Below, one piece after another: positions 12,445 through 24,354 of a DNA stretch of 64,000 nt (its first letter is position 1; each line of letters starts with the position of its first letter). The notes under the pieces are model-generated. The model was not told the DNA's origin. It searched no databases and worked only from the letters and a program-made list of their open reading frames with translations. The translations under genes were made by a program, and so were the position numbers. This stretch comes from Basidiobolus meristosporus CBS 931.73 (Eukaryota; Fungi; Basidiobolomycota), in the NCBI GenBank assembly GCA_002104905.1, contig MCFE01000101.1, forward strand, positions 62,001-126,000, read 5' to 3'.

Positions 12445-15400
12445 AAGATCTAATTAGCACTTTTACCAAACATTATGTATTAACTCCAAAACTGTTGAAG
12501 TATGCTCTTGAATGTTGAGAAGCTCTCCTTACTAAGTGTTACAGTTGTAGCACTACTACAAAGGTATATTACTAAGCTTCTTAATGAATAAACACACGCT
12601 CAACTAGTATCACCATTTGTTGAGAAGCTTCTTATATCCAATTAACTCTTCAAATTGCAATAGGTCATGAGCTTAATTTCTTAAAGCTATCCTGATAATG
12701 ACTTCTACTAGCAGACAGAAGTGCACCAACATCTTCCGTGTAATGGGGAGGTTTGATGGGAAGAACTACACACTTTCAAGAATCAAGATGCAGATCCATC
12801 TTGAAGAAAGAAAGCGTTGAAATACAGTAGCAGGAAAAGAAGTGAGCCCAAGGGAACAGCAGAAGAAGTGGAGAAGTTTCAACAGAAGGAGAGAAAGGCC
12901 TTTAATGCCATATGTATTAATGTGCCAGATTTCTTCATTTGACAATTTCATGCTTCAAATACTGCCAAAGCAGCACAGGAATGTTGCAATTTAAGAAGTG
13001 ATTTGGATATAAGGAACTTATCAAGAAATAGTGATAATAGTTGAACTGTTGTTTATTCATAAAGAAGCTCAGTATTTATATCTTTGTAGAAGTAATACAG
13101 CTGCAACACTAAGTAGGGAGGGTTTCTCAATATTCAGGAGCATTCTGTAACAGTTTCAGGGTTAGTACATAATGTTTGGTAATAGTGCTAATTTGATCCT
13201 GACTATAGGGGAATAATCATAAGATCATATATCAGGAGAAAGTGGCAAAGTTAAGTCAGTAAATGAGTCCTACAGTGACTAAGACTAGCCTAGAATTGTT
13301 AAGTAAATTTTTAGCTGCTGAATGATACCAAATAGTCCAATATTTCAACAAGGAATTCATAAAGAAGATATTTAGAGCAATGTCAGTATCAAGCTAGCTC
13401 TTTAAAGCAGAAGTATGTCAATGGACAACTCCTCCATAAAGAACCCAGTTGAAATGACCAAGCAGAGAAAATTGAAGGTGATGCTTAAATCAGCTCAGAA
13501 TGATATCCAGAAAAGAAGGGAAAGCAACAAAACTAAAGAAAACCTGGTTGCTGTAATTACTGTAAGATGCTAGGATACTGGGTAAGCAAATGCAAGAAGA
13601 AACAAGCATATTAAAACAGAAACTAAAGCAGATAAACTATAAAACTATTGATGAACTGTAATTTGTAACTGTACAAAAATACAGGTAACCAAAGTAAGGG
13701 GCAATATAAGCACTCTGGAATATCATAACATATTTGTGGTATAAAGGAGTGGTTCAGCAACTTCAGGACCATTCTCCCAAGAAAGGTGTATTTGGGAGAC
13801 AACTCTGCGCAGGAAGCTACTCTCAGTGGGTATATTGACCTAAATTTGAGGGATATCACAGGGCAACAGCAGCAAAACTGACTGACATCTTTTTTGTGCC
13901 TTGGATAGCTAAGAGCCTACTCTCAGTCAGTAAAGCTACTGCTTAAGGACTGAAAATTGTTTTTACCAAGCTAAGCTGCTGAACACTGAGTGAAAATGAA
14001 TAAAATCTAGCTTTGGGAATCAGAGATCACAATATATATAAGTTACAATGCAAGATTATTGTACTGGTGTATGCTAACATTGCTGAAACAAATGAAACTA
14101 GCTGCAAGATGTAGCATAGGAGCCTAGGACACATTGGGGAACAGAATATAAGTCAGTTGGTGAAGTACCAGCTTGTCTTTGGCCTAAATTACTCAATTCC
14201 AATCAAATCAAGTGTCTGTAAGGTACATAGAAACATCTCAGAAGTCCAAGAGGTATTTATGCCACTATAATACTGCCAATTGTGCACCCAGATATATGTG
14301 GGGGATCAGAATACTCTACTATGGAGCTAACAATTATTTCATGATATTTGTTGATGACAAGACAAGATATACACGGATGTACTTCCTCAAGACAAAGGAT
14401 GAGGCTCTATAGATGTTCTAGTACTGCAAGAGCATAACTGAAACACAAACTTGGTGTAATTTGAGGGTACTATGAAGTGGCAATGGTGGGGAATACTGAT
14501 CTAATGAGTTTCCAGCCACTGCTTAATTGCTGAAAAACATCAAAAGACCACTGTTGTAATTATTCCACAGCTAAATGGAGTAGTAAAACATGCAAATGGA
14601 GCAATAGTAGAGATGAGATATCTTTGCTATATGATAAGGGAATGGACAACCAGTTTTCAGCTGAATCTTTTGCTACTGCAGTATATGTCAGGGATCAATG
14701 TCCAATAACAGCATTACATGATTGCACACCCTTTGAAGTATATATGGTAAAAAACCCCACCTTTAGTACCCCAGGATCTCTAGTACTCATATATTTTATG
14801 ACATTCCTGACATAAAGCATTCAGATTATGAATCAACAAGTAGAAAAGAGATCTTTCTTGGGAATTGTAAAGAAGCTAAAGGGTAAAGAGTGTATGGGGC
14901 AATATATAGAAGCTGATCAACAATGGGGATGTTTTATTTGGGGAGAAATCAGATTCAGCAGCCACCCACAGCATTGGCCTGCTGCCTCATGATGCAATCA
15001 AAGCTAATCAAGCAGATGCATTCCTATTTCAGCCAGATATGGAAGAAAATTCTACCAACTCCAGATCAGAGCTGATTAACCCATTAGGAAGTCTACCAGA
15101 ATAAGAAATGCTCCTGGATCCTGGTGGCAGATACCCATCAATTGTAAGTAAGCTTATCTTACCTTATGTGCCAAACCTCAGAATCTGGAGCAGGCAATAA
15201 GTAAGCAATTGTGCTGGTAGCTATGTTAAACTCCACTAGGACAATTCTAGCTCTAGCAGCTGTACCAGGAGTCATTAAACACACAAAATCAGAACTCTTT
15301 GACAAGTCTGAAAAGTAAAATCTTGCAAGATTCAGCCATTTTTGTGGATTTATGCATCAAACTTAATATAACTACACAGAAACTTGTGCTGAATCAGTCT

Positions 15401-15807
15401 AAACACATCAGCAGCATTTTTAGGGGCTTCAAAATAAAAATTTGCAGGCCTGCAGCAACACCCATGCAAAATAACCTCAGATTGAGTGAATCTCAGCCAG
15501 ACTTGGGTCCAGTCTGTGCAAACATGGACCAAGCCTTTTCCTATCAATCAGTGGCTAACAGCCTGATGTACCTGATGATATCTACATTTCTAGATACTGC
15601 AATGTTTGTGGGAAAGCTTGATCAATTGATGCAGAATTATGGATCTGATCAAATACAGCGGTCAAGCAGATTTTAGATATCTAAAAGGTACCATTATAAG
15701 GTACTGGAATGCTGTGGAGCAGCTAATTGGCTATTTAGTATCATTCAGCCACTAAAAATTTACTGGGTAGATACCTTATATCTAAATCACTTCTTAAATT
15801 GCAACAT
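12445..15807 (+). mobile_element. Old, internally deleted copia B-family element
   Basis: LTR remnant, degenerate PBS GGTCATGAGC (~12662), gag start MTSTS (~12703), PR/INT relics (YFMIFVDDKTRY at 14212-14412), most of RT missing, deleted 3' LTR ending TGCAACA at ~15807. Confidence 0.8.
12982..13350 (-). mobile_element. Solo LTR, copia family B, inserted in gag of the older B copy
   Basis: 369 bp, ~6 differences from 28303-28671; perfect TSD AGGAA (12977-12981 / 13351-13355). Confidence 0.95.
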
Positions 15808-16439
15808 TAGATATCCTTTTAACAACTTCCTTTAAACTTCCCTTGCAAGTGGGACAGTATATATATGTGGTTAGTTGTGGCATATAATTTGAAACACCCT
15901 GCCAATAGAAGCAACTTGATATATCTCAATTAGTGATAGATGGATTATATGACTTATTGCACAAGTCATTAGTTAATATTAGCAGCAACATCACCTCTCT
16001 GGTGGCTTAACAAACAGTCATTTACTCTGCTGCTGTTGTAGAGAATGCCTCAATGGGTTAGTTTTTGTAAATCCAAGTAATATCTGAACTAGCATTGGGA
16101 AGTATATGCCTAGTAATGTTTTTTGTATGAATTGAAAGGATTATCAAATGGGGCCACAATAATGTCCGCCGCTTGAGAATCTCTGCACTCTTCAGAATGC
16201 TTTAATTGGAATGTGATGATATCTTGTCAGCCATATATGGGAATTGGCTTCACAGTTTTTAAGAGCCACAAGGGGAATCAGTTCAGTTTGAAAGCTTAAC
16301 AGTGTCATGGGGGTGTGGGGTGTTGAACAGCAATGTGTTTACTTAAGCCTGCAGCAACTTCTTGTACTCATTGCTCCTTACTGTGTGCTGACTAGATGGA
16401 CTCCAAAATGCAGGCTCTTGTTGATGACTCATTTGATTC

Positions 16440-17330
16440 AGAAGTATTTAAACATTAATGGCTTGACTTGTAACAGTCACAATTGTTGAAACATCACTCT
16501 TTACCACCAAAACTTTACATTATACTTTTCTAGAAGTACTATACCTGTGGCGCTATCTTAGGATGTTTTCCCAACATTGAGGAGCATCCTCTAATAATGT
16601 TGGCGTAAGTACACACAGTTTGGTTGATGTACGGTTTTGATTTTGAGAATAGTGAAATAGTATTAGGGTTATAGATCAAAGAAAGGAACAAATACTGGGC
16701 TTTTATACCAATACCCAACAGTTCAATTATTATTACTATTTATTTAAACATTGATGATGTTTGGGGTTGTTTTAGCAGCTTATGCAGTTTAATGCTCTGT
16801 GTACTCAAGGCTGACCAAAATATTCCAGGTACACCCCAATCTAGAAATTGGTCAGTATGCAATAAAGATCTGAGGTATTTCAAATTAACTATAGCCAATG
16901 GTTTTGGTAAACATATATGCAATCATTTCATCATTATCATGGTAAACTAATTGAACTAAACTATTCTCTGTAGCTATATGTGAAATACAATGTCTGATAT
17001 TGATGTGATTAGCTTTAGCATGAAAAGTTGGATATCTACCCAGTTTCTCACATCTTGTATTATTTTGAAATTAAGCAGAAGGTGTTTTTTACATAATCCA
17101 CGTTCACTAAGAGAGCTCTGTAGTTCACATTGCTTCATTTGTAGCTTCACAGGCTGCCATACACCCATATAAAGTGCTCTGATTGGCTGCCATGTTGAAA
17201 GAAGTAGCTCCTTTGCAGCACAGAAAGACTTATCCTGTTGTAGTACTTCTGCGTCTTGTCTTTTGTCCCCCATCAGCATCTGAATGTCCTATAAGACCCT
17301 TTTTGAGTTTTTCCATTGAGTACTCCTATA
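16440..17330 (-). mobile_element. Highly decayed copia RNase H end plus LTR-like tail
   Basis: Minus-strand frames give QLVYHDNDEMIAYMFTK and KPLAIVNLKYLRSLL, matching the copia RH C-terminus. Confidence 0.55.
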
Positions 17331-17739
17331 TTATATACTTGGTGTAGCAGTTGTATTACTTCTATAAAGGTATCAATACTGAGTTTCTTTATAAATACAC
17401 AACAGTTGAGCTATCATGTTTCTTTCTGGGTACGTTGATTATATCTTAAACACTGGTTAAATTGCCGCAGATTCTATGGACAGCTGCTTTTTTTTGGAAA
17501 CTCAATCATTCCAAGTGAGATTCTGTCTTGCAATTCCAGGCTCCTGGGGATTGTTTCAGATTGCATCATGTTTTATGCTTGCAGGTCAAGTGGGAGCTAA
17601 ATTAGTCAATAAATCTATCAGGCTGGTCCAGGTATATATCCTCATTAAGATCTCAACACATATATTAGCATATTCATCCATTTAATGAATAATCAATTTA
17701 AATTTAGCAGCAACAATCAGTATTAGTCTGATGATATAA

Positions 17740-19060
17740 AACCTGGCTACTCATGCAATGGTCTCTGTATAGTCCTGTCATTTTGTTTGAGTATATCCTT
17801 TGGGCACAAGTCTTGAATTGGATTTTTCAACAGTACCATTACCATATATCTTGTCTCAGAGGCCCATGTGCATCCAGCTAATTTTTTATTGATTGGTAAC
17901 TTGATCAAGTCCCAAGATTGACTTTCCATCAGGGCCTTATACTCTTCAGTCATTGCAGATCTCCAAAGCTCTGTCAAGGACTATTTAGAGCATTTTTAGC
18001 AGTCTTGTGCTCAGCAGTATGGACTGAATAGGCATTTTCCAAGTTTGTACCCTCATGGATATTGTGATTAGGGTCATTACTGGTCAACTTGAATATCCAA
18101 CTTGTAATACTGGAATGATCATTTTGTTGTAAGAGTCTTAGAGATATTGGAAGTGATTGGGAGAACAAGTAGATTATGTGGTTTTCACTTAATAAACTAT
18201 TGAATGTAAAAGTAGTATTTATACTTTGGCATGGTCTGAGCATTACAAACACATAGATAAGGCCAAGAAAGGTCCCAAGAACATGTGTGCACAGCTTGGG
18301 GCTGCTTGGACAACTTTGAAAATTTTCATGTTCTGGGTACCTGGTATTTTGGTGAAAATATTCTAAGTAAATACCAACAAGAAGTTGGGTCAGTATTCTC
18401 TAAGATTTGAAGGTAATGCTCTAAGTAACTAAGTTAGGTGAATACTTAGGTGGAAATACAAATTTTTACAACACATTTCTGTCATAGTTTTGGCTAATGC
18501 CCCAGGCTAAGCCATAGTTGTAAAGTCCTGTGGAGAGCAAAAATTTGCATACTTTTGCTCTGATCAAATCCTGACAATTGGTGGACTATAGATCAGATTT
18601 CTGTCATCATCTGATGGCACTTTTTGGGAAAATATTAACTTTTCCTCAAGCAACACATTCCCAGACTTCATCAGCTTCTTTTTTTTAGGTTTTGCAGAGT
18701 TTTTATTTCTTACTCTCAATACAGTAGCCAAAAGATATGCATTTTTTACTGTTTGGCTAAATTTGACCAATATCCTGGCAATTTGCTGGCTAATGCTGTA
18801 CACCCAAGTAATGTCAGATGAATGGTACCAGATCTGTATCCATATCATGCCTCAGATAGAGTGGAATCACAACATGCTCTGTTATGATGACACTTTTGAG
18901 ATAAACAGCAGTAGCAACTGATTCTGTTAAAAAATTATAGGCTAAGTTTTGCTCATGGATCATAAATCTTGCCAAATCCAATATTTACCTCTTTACCCTG
19001 TTGAATAATTAGGAGTCCACCTAATTATTAATATATATTGTGAACCAGCACTTATTTAAA
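17740..19060 (-). mobile_element. Decayed A-like copia INT-RT junction fragment
   Basis: ORFs 18564-18848 (SDDDRNLIYSPPIVRI), 17974-18252 and 17747-17977 (LWRSAMTEEYKALMESQSWDL) match family A. Confidence 0.75.
18125..18473 (-). mobile_element. Solo LTR, copia family A
   Basis: 349 bp, reverse complement of the A LTR; perfect TSD CATTT (18120-18124 / 18474-18478). Confidence 0.93.
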
Positions 19061-19079
19061 CGACATAACTCAGAATATT

Positions 19080-19440
19080 AGACTTGTTCCTTGGGATAGT
19101 GCCACATTGAGCCATGAGTGTCAATTTTGCCATGGTGTGCCAGAGAGGCCAAGTGAACCTATACCTGGCCACCAAGTGTGCAACATAGCTATGCATCTTC
19201 ATGTAAAGCAGCCCCTGTGTTTCACCTATGATGCTGGAGAAAATCCATTTTTTGATGTTTTTTTGTGGATCAATGTTGTACAGGATATGTACAATCACAG
19301 AAGAACTGAAGACATGCATTGGGTACTCAATACCCATGGCACTCTGAATCTAGCTCCTGTGGCCTGTAAAATGTCACAAAAATGCATGGCACTATCTTGG
19401 TCCACTGGTACTATCTGGCACCAAAAGTGCTTTGTATAGA
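19080..19440. mobile_element. Single arm of foldback family E
   Basis: Starts AGACTTGTTCC and aligns with 7771-8113. Confidence 0.7.
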
Positions 19441-20480
19441 TCATACTATAGGGCTAATACTTAGCCCAAAAGTTGCACAAAAACTGTTGAGACCTTCCTT
19501 ATCCTATTGTTCATGCTTTTATGCCAATGCCATGTGCTAGTATAATTACCACCATTTCATCCAATATACCATTAAGTGAAACCAAATAATCTTATTGCTC
19601 TCCTACTCAATTTCAGTATCTCCAAGACTCTTACAACTTTTTATGAGTCTCAAGCTCTCACTCTCTGCAGTGTCTACTACAGCTACTGCTGTGATTTTTA
19701 CCTCTGCTGAAAAGTTGGATAGAATTAACCACCAAGTGTAGAAGGAGCAGATGAAGATGCTTCTACAAGAAAGTGGCATTTTGGATGCTATTATGGGACA
19801 AGAATGCCCCGTTGAGAATGTAGGAGTGGAAGCCACAAAGTACCAGAAGAATGAACAAGGTGCCTGTAATTGCATTTGCTTTGATGTTAATAACAAGTTG
19901 ATAATTCATTGCTCAAGGGCAAAGCAGCAATGAATGTCTGGAAGACATTAGAAGACAGCTACCAGTTATGCTGAGCTGCCTAGTAAGTGTATCTCAGACA
20001 AAAGCCCTTTACTACAAAGATGCTGCCAGGAGAAAAAAGTGAGAAATGTAGTTAACAGAATTACCCTGCTGGTGGATGAGATGTTAACTGAGGGTTTACT
20101 AAATACTAATGAGAATGTGATAGTAACCATTGTGAATAGCCCAACACACAGCTATTAGGGCCTTGTATTGACCCTAAAGCTAAGAACTGACAATTTGACC
20201 TTAAAATACCTGTATGGAAGGCTTCTGGAGGAAGAATTATGAAATAATGTATTAATAAGAAGGAAGAAAAAAGTGCTTTAGTGTGCAATGATAACCGACA
20301 AAGAACTTACTCAAGCCCTTTAGAGGCAACAGTAATCTGCTGTGCAACTACCTTTAATGGAAAGAACACATATCAGACTGGTGCCTTAAAGAGAGAAGCA
20401 ACAGCAGAAAAAGCCCTAATATAGATATGCTGTAACAACTAAGGATAGACTATTAATATCTGCACTTGATATGACCATAT
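19440..20480 (+). mobile_element. Decayed A-like LTR remnant plus gag
   Basis: MKMLLQESGILD.. (19751-19933) and downstream sequence align with 1440-2190. Confidence 0.7.
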
Positions 20481-20559
20481 ACAAGCATTGATTAACGTCT
20501 ACCAGTCCCTATACTATGCACTAACATTAACAACAACCCTACACTCATCAAGTACTCAG

Positions 20560-21000
20560 TCATAATCCACCATGCAATAAGTGTTTCTGCTGTAACACCC
20601 TGTTTCCATAGCTCTGGCAGGAACCCTCTGGCTTTATGCCACTGTTCATTCACTGGTTCTCATATGTCTTGATCTTCAGCTAGCACTGCAAGGTCCAGCA
20701 CCTCACCTGCCAGTCTTTGCAATAAATCCTTGCAGTATTCAAGTGTGTTTTCATGAGCAATGCTCTTGAAGAAGTGCTGCAACCTGTTGGTGTGCCTATT
20801 AATGTTCCAAAACTCCACTGAAGGCATTGTGATAGCCTTTTGGGTTCTTGAAAATGTTACTTTGTCTGTTGGTGGGATTTCCACTCTGTCAACAATGAAG
20901 GATGTGGAGGCTGAGTAGTTGAATTGCCTTTCTATGCAATCTCATCTACCTCACTGAAGGGTAGTGCAACTGGCTGCACTACCAACTCCTAGCAAATTTT
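20560..21000 (-). mobile_element. Fragment of the CMC-element accessory ORF region
   Basis: PSVEFWNINRHTNRLQHFF..LAVLAEDQDI matches 23399-23650 and 40019-40400. Confidence 0.7.
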
Positions 21001-21099
21001 CATTACACAATTGGTAAGCATTCATGGTGAAAATTGCCAAGGACACTTTATGGAGTCAATTGGGCCCAGTAATCCATCTATTGGTGAATAAGGTGATCT

Positions 21100-21876
21100 T
21101 GTGGCTAGATAAGTGGCACATTTCCACTAATATCAGTCATTGGGGCTTTGAGGACTAATACTACTTCTTGGTAAGATCATTGTGGGATGCAACTTACCAT
21201 GTACATGGTGTAAGTGGGCTACTGTTATTTGGCTGGCAACATACAACCCACAGACCATCCTGATACCAGCATGTGTCAACAGTTGCAGGGCATTCATATC
21301 AGAAAATGTAACCATTGCAAGGTGTCCAACTTGTCAGGAATCTGCCACCATTGGGGGTAAATATTGCTCACACTCCAGATATATACTGGTAACACCCCTT
21401 CTGAAGAAGCTTATGCAGTCCAACAAATATTGTGAAGTAATAATGTACCATACATGGTATTAATCCAGCCCAAACATATCCAAATCATTTGATTGCAAGC
21501 ATTAAAAATGGCTGAGAAGCAAGGGCTACCTTGAAGGTTTCTATGACCATGCCTTTGCCTTGGCATCTGATGGCATCTCATTAAGCAAGTACTCTACCAT
21601 CATATCCTGCTGGCCCCTAATTCTCATCAACCTGAAGCTGCTGCCTATATTAAGGTATCAGAGCAGAAATATGATGGTAGTTTCTGTAGTACCTGGGTGT
21701 AAATCACTGTTCAACCTAGACACCTACCTGTATCCATTGCTGGATGAATTTTGTATGCTTTCCTGCAGGATAACAGTAAATGACCATCATGTCAAAGCGC
21801 ATAGCATTATCTGCATTGAAGATACCCCAACCATCAGCAAGATAGCTGGCTTTTCTGAGCACACTGGAAGGTATAT
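21100..21876 (+). pseudogene. CACTA/En-Spm tnp2-family transposase, N-terminal fragment
   Basis: ACVNSC..CPTCQE..YILVTPLL; ASDGISL..SCWPLILINLKLLP..VVPG..LDTYLYPLLDEF; DTPTISKIAGF.EHTG. These are degenerate versions of tnp2 motifs. Cut at 21877 by a CCCTA terminus. Confidence 0.75.
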
Positions 21877-22359
21877 CCCTATGAAAAATTATTGAGATAA
21901 TCCCATCAAAAGGCCATCACAAAGTTAAAGTCCTGTGACTAAGAGGTACTGATCCCTTCAGGACACCATCAAGAGACTGTTGAAAAATAATTGCAGCCCA
22001 GATTTCACAAAAAACTTTGTCAAAATTTTTCATTGCAACAATGTATAAGTGGCTTTTGATAGGTTCCCAGCTAATTTGCTCACTTTCTGATTTTAGACAC
22101 TCTGTTGCCTCCTACATTTGTGTGCATTGATTTGCTATTGCCTCTTTTTCACACTCCTTACTTCCTGACACAACCATTTCTCTTACTTTTCATGTGTACA
22201 AACTGATTTATTCCTGTTGAAACTTCAGTTGTACCTCAATTGCCAATTGTATTGACCTATAAAAGTCCCTATACCCTCTACTAACATTATCCCCAACCCC
22301 ACACTCAACAAGAAACTCCATTAAAATCCACCACTCAATAAGTATTTCTGCTGTAACAC

Positions 22360-23417
22360 TGTGGTGGTGTATAGGTCCAAGGGAGAGATACATCCAGTAC
22401 TTCTCAAGTGTTTTGTGCATGGGGTATTCTCTGGGTGCAATAACCTCTGGCAAAAGCTTGCTAGGAATACTTGGGTTTTGTCTCTAATCCAATGTGATGG
22501 GGAATAAAGCCACAAGTGTTTCAAGGGAAAACTATGGAGCTACAATCCCCTACTTAGTTGGCATCTTAACAAAAGTATGGGCTAGGTTCAGCATCCTTAG
22601 CAATGACAATGTACCAAAGCTTCCAAAGTCAAAAGAACTGTAAACTCCACCAGCAGGGACTTGGTAAGAATGCAGCTTTGGTCAATAGTTACAAAGACAG
22701 AAAAGTATCTATGCCTGTACAGGAACAAACTTGGGAAAGAATCAAATATAATAAAAGATACCTACTCTGAGTATTCCTCATAAGTAGTGCCTCCAAGGTC
22801 AGTTGACTATCAGCATGGTTTCCTGGGAGTGTCCTGTGGCCAGGGGTTGGAATTTCAGGTAGCAGCAGGTAGCAGCAATCACACTAACCAACAAGTTGGT
22901 ATATTGATGGAAGGGATGATGATTTATTGTTGAGGGATTAACTCCCTTATATACTTTTCTGACAGGCCAAGTGATTACTAATCATAGTGTTCCAGAAGGT
23001 TCTGGAGATCAATAAAAATCTTAATGACATTGGAATGAGCTAAGAGTATTCTAAGTAGGTGCCAAATGTTCTGAGGCACAGTACATCCAACCAATCAGGA
23101 ATCAGTACTCTGAAACCAGTGTAACATAGGAAACCTTACATGATATGGGGATGGTATGGATGGTGGCATAGGTTGATTGTGTGTCACAGGTACTGACACA
23201 GGTACCTACCTAATATAGAAGCACTTACAGCAAGTAATCTTACATAAAGTGAGGGATAGCTTATGCAATAAGGTAAGCAGGTGTGATAGTCAACCAGCTC
23301 TTGGGATAGTACTTATCAGGTAAGAAAAATGGGCTAAACTAAAATATGTGTAGTAGGGAAGTAGAAAGTACTGGAATGAGCACATCTGTCAGTGGGTGTC
23401 ACTGTGACCCCACTACA
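22360..23417 (-). mobile_element. Solo LTR, gypsy family D (~1.06 kb)
   Basis: Reverse complement of 30613-31693; TG..CA ends. Flanks ACAC/GCGC fit a 4-bp TSD with CpG decay; the empty site is visible at ~40160-40175. Confidence 0.85.
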
Positions 23418-23985
23418 GCGCTCTGGTTCCACATCTTTGGCAGGAACCCAACAGCTTTATGCCACCATTCATTCACTGGTTCCCCAACATCCTGGTCTTT
23501 GGCTGGCACTGCAAGGTCTAGCACCTCATCTGTCAGTCTATGCAATAAATCCTTGCAATATTCCAGTGCATTTTCTTGAGCACTGCTCATGAAAGAGTGC
23601 TGCAACCTCTTGGTGTGCCTATTAATGTTCCAAAACTCCACTGAAGGCATTTTAATAGTCTTTCAAGCTCTTGACATTGTAGCCTTGTCTGGCAGCAGGA
23701 TCTCCACTCTGTCAATAATGGAGGACATGGAGGCTATGGTAGACAAGCTGCCATTTTCAGCAAACTCATCCACCGTGCTGGAGTGTAGCTCAACTGGCTG
23801 CGCTTCTAACTCTTGTGAAAACAGCTGATTTCTTATTAGTAAGTCTTCCTGGCTATTATGGGATTCAGTCTGTTCCTGGCTTTCAGCATTAATTGGCAAG
23901 AACTGCAGTTTTTTTTGCATGCCTCTCTGTCTCAGGCTTGGGTAGACATTTTCCCTTTACCTTTTCCTTTATCACTGCCAGGTCA

Positions 23986-24354
23986 TGTTGCAATTTAAGA
24001 AGTGATTTGGATGTAAGGAACTTATCAAGAAATAGTGATAATAGTTGAACTGTTGTTTATTCATAAAGAAGCTCAGTATTTATACCTTTGTAGAAGTAAT
24101 ACAGCTGCAACACTAAGTAGGGAGGGTTTCTCAATATTCAGGAGCATTCTGTAACAGTTTCAGGGTTAGTAGATAATGTTTGGTAATAGTGCTAATTTGA
24201 TCCTGACTATAGGGGAATAATCATTAGATCATATATCTGGAGAAAGTGGCAAAGTTAAGGCAGTAAATGAGTCCTACACTGACTAAGACTAGCCTAGAAT
24301 TGTTAAGTAAATTTTTAGCTGCTGAATGATACCAAATAGTCCAATATTTCAACA
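23986..24354 (-). repeat. 3' LTR, copia B
   Basis: Adjacent to PPT GTTGAGGGGGAG on the minus strand. Confidence 0.97.

Noticed and set aside
15830-16300. Short CPTCKG motif in decayed sequence
   Set aside because: Too many stops and too little context to assign.
16500-16922. AT-rich minus frame containing DWGVPG, first suspected as a second viral insert
   Set aside because: The upstream part is the copia RNase H end (KPLA..KYLRS) and DWGV overlaps a PPT-like tract; the remainder fits a diverged LTR.
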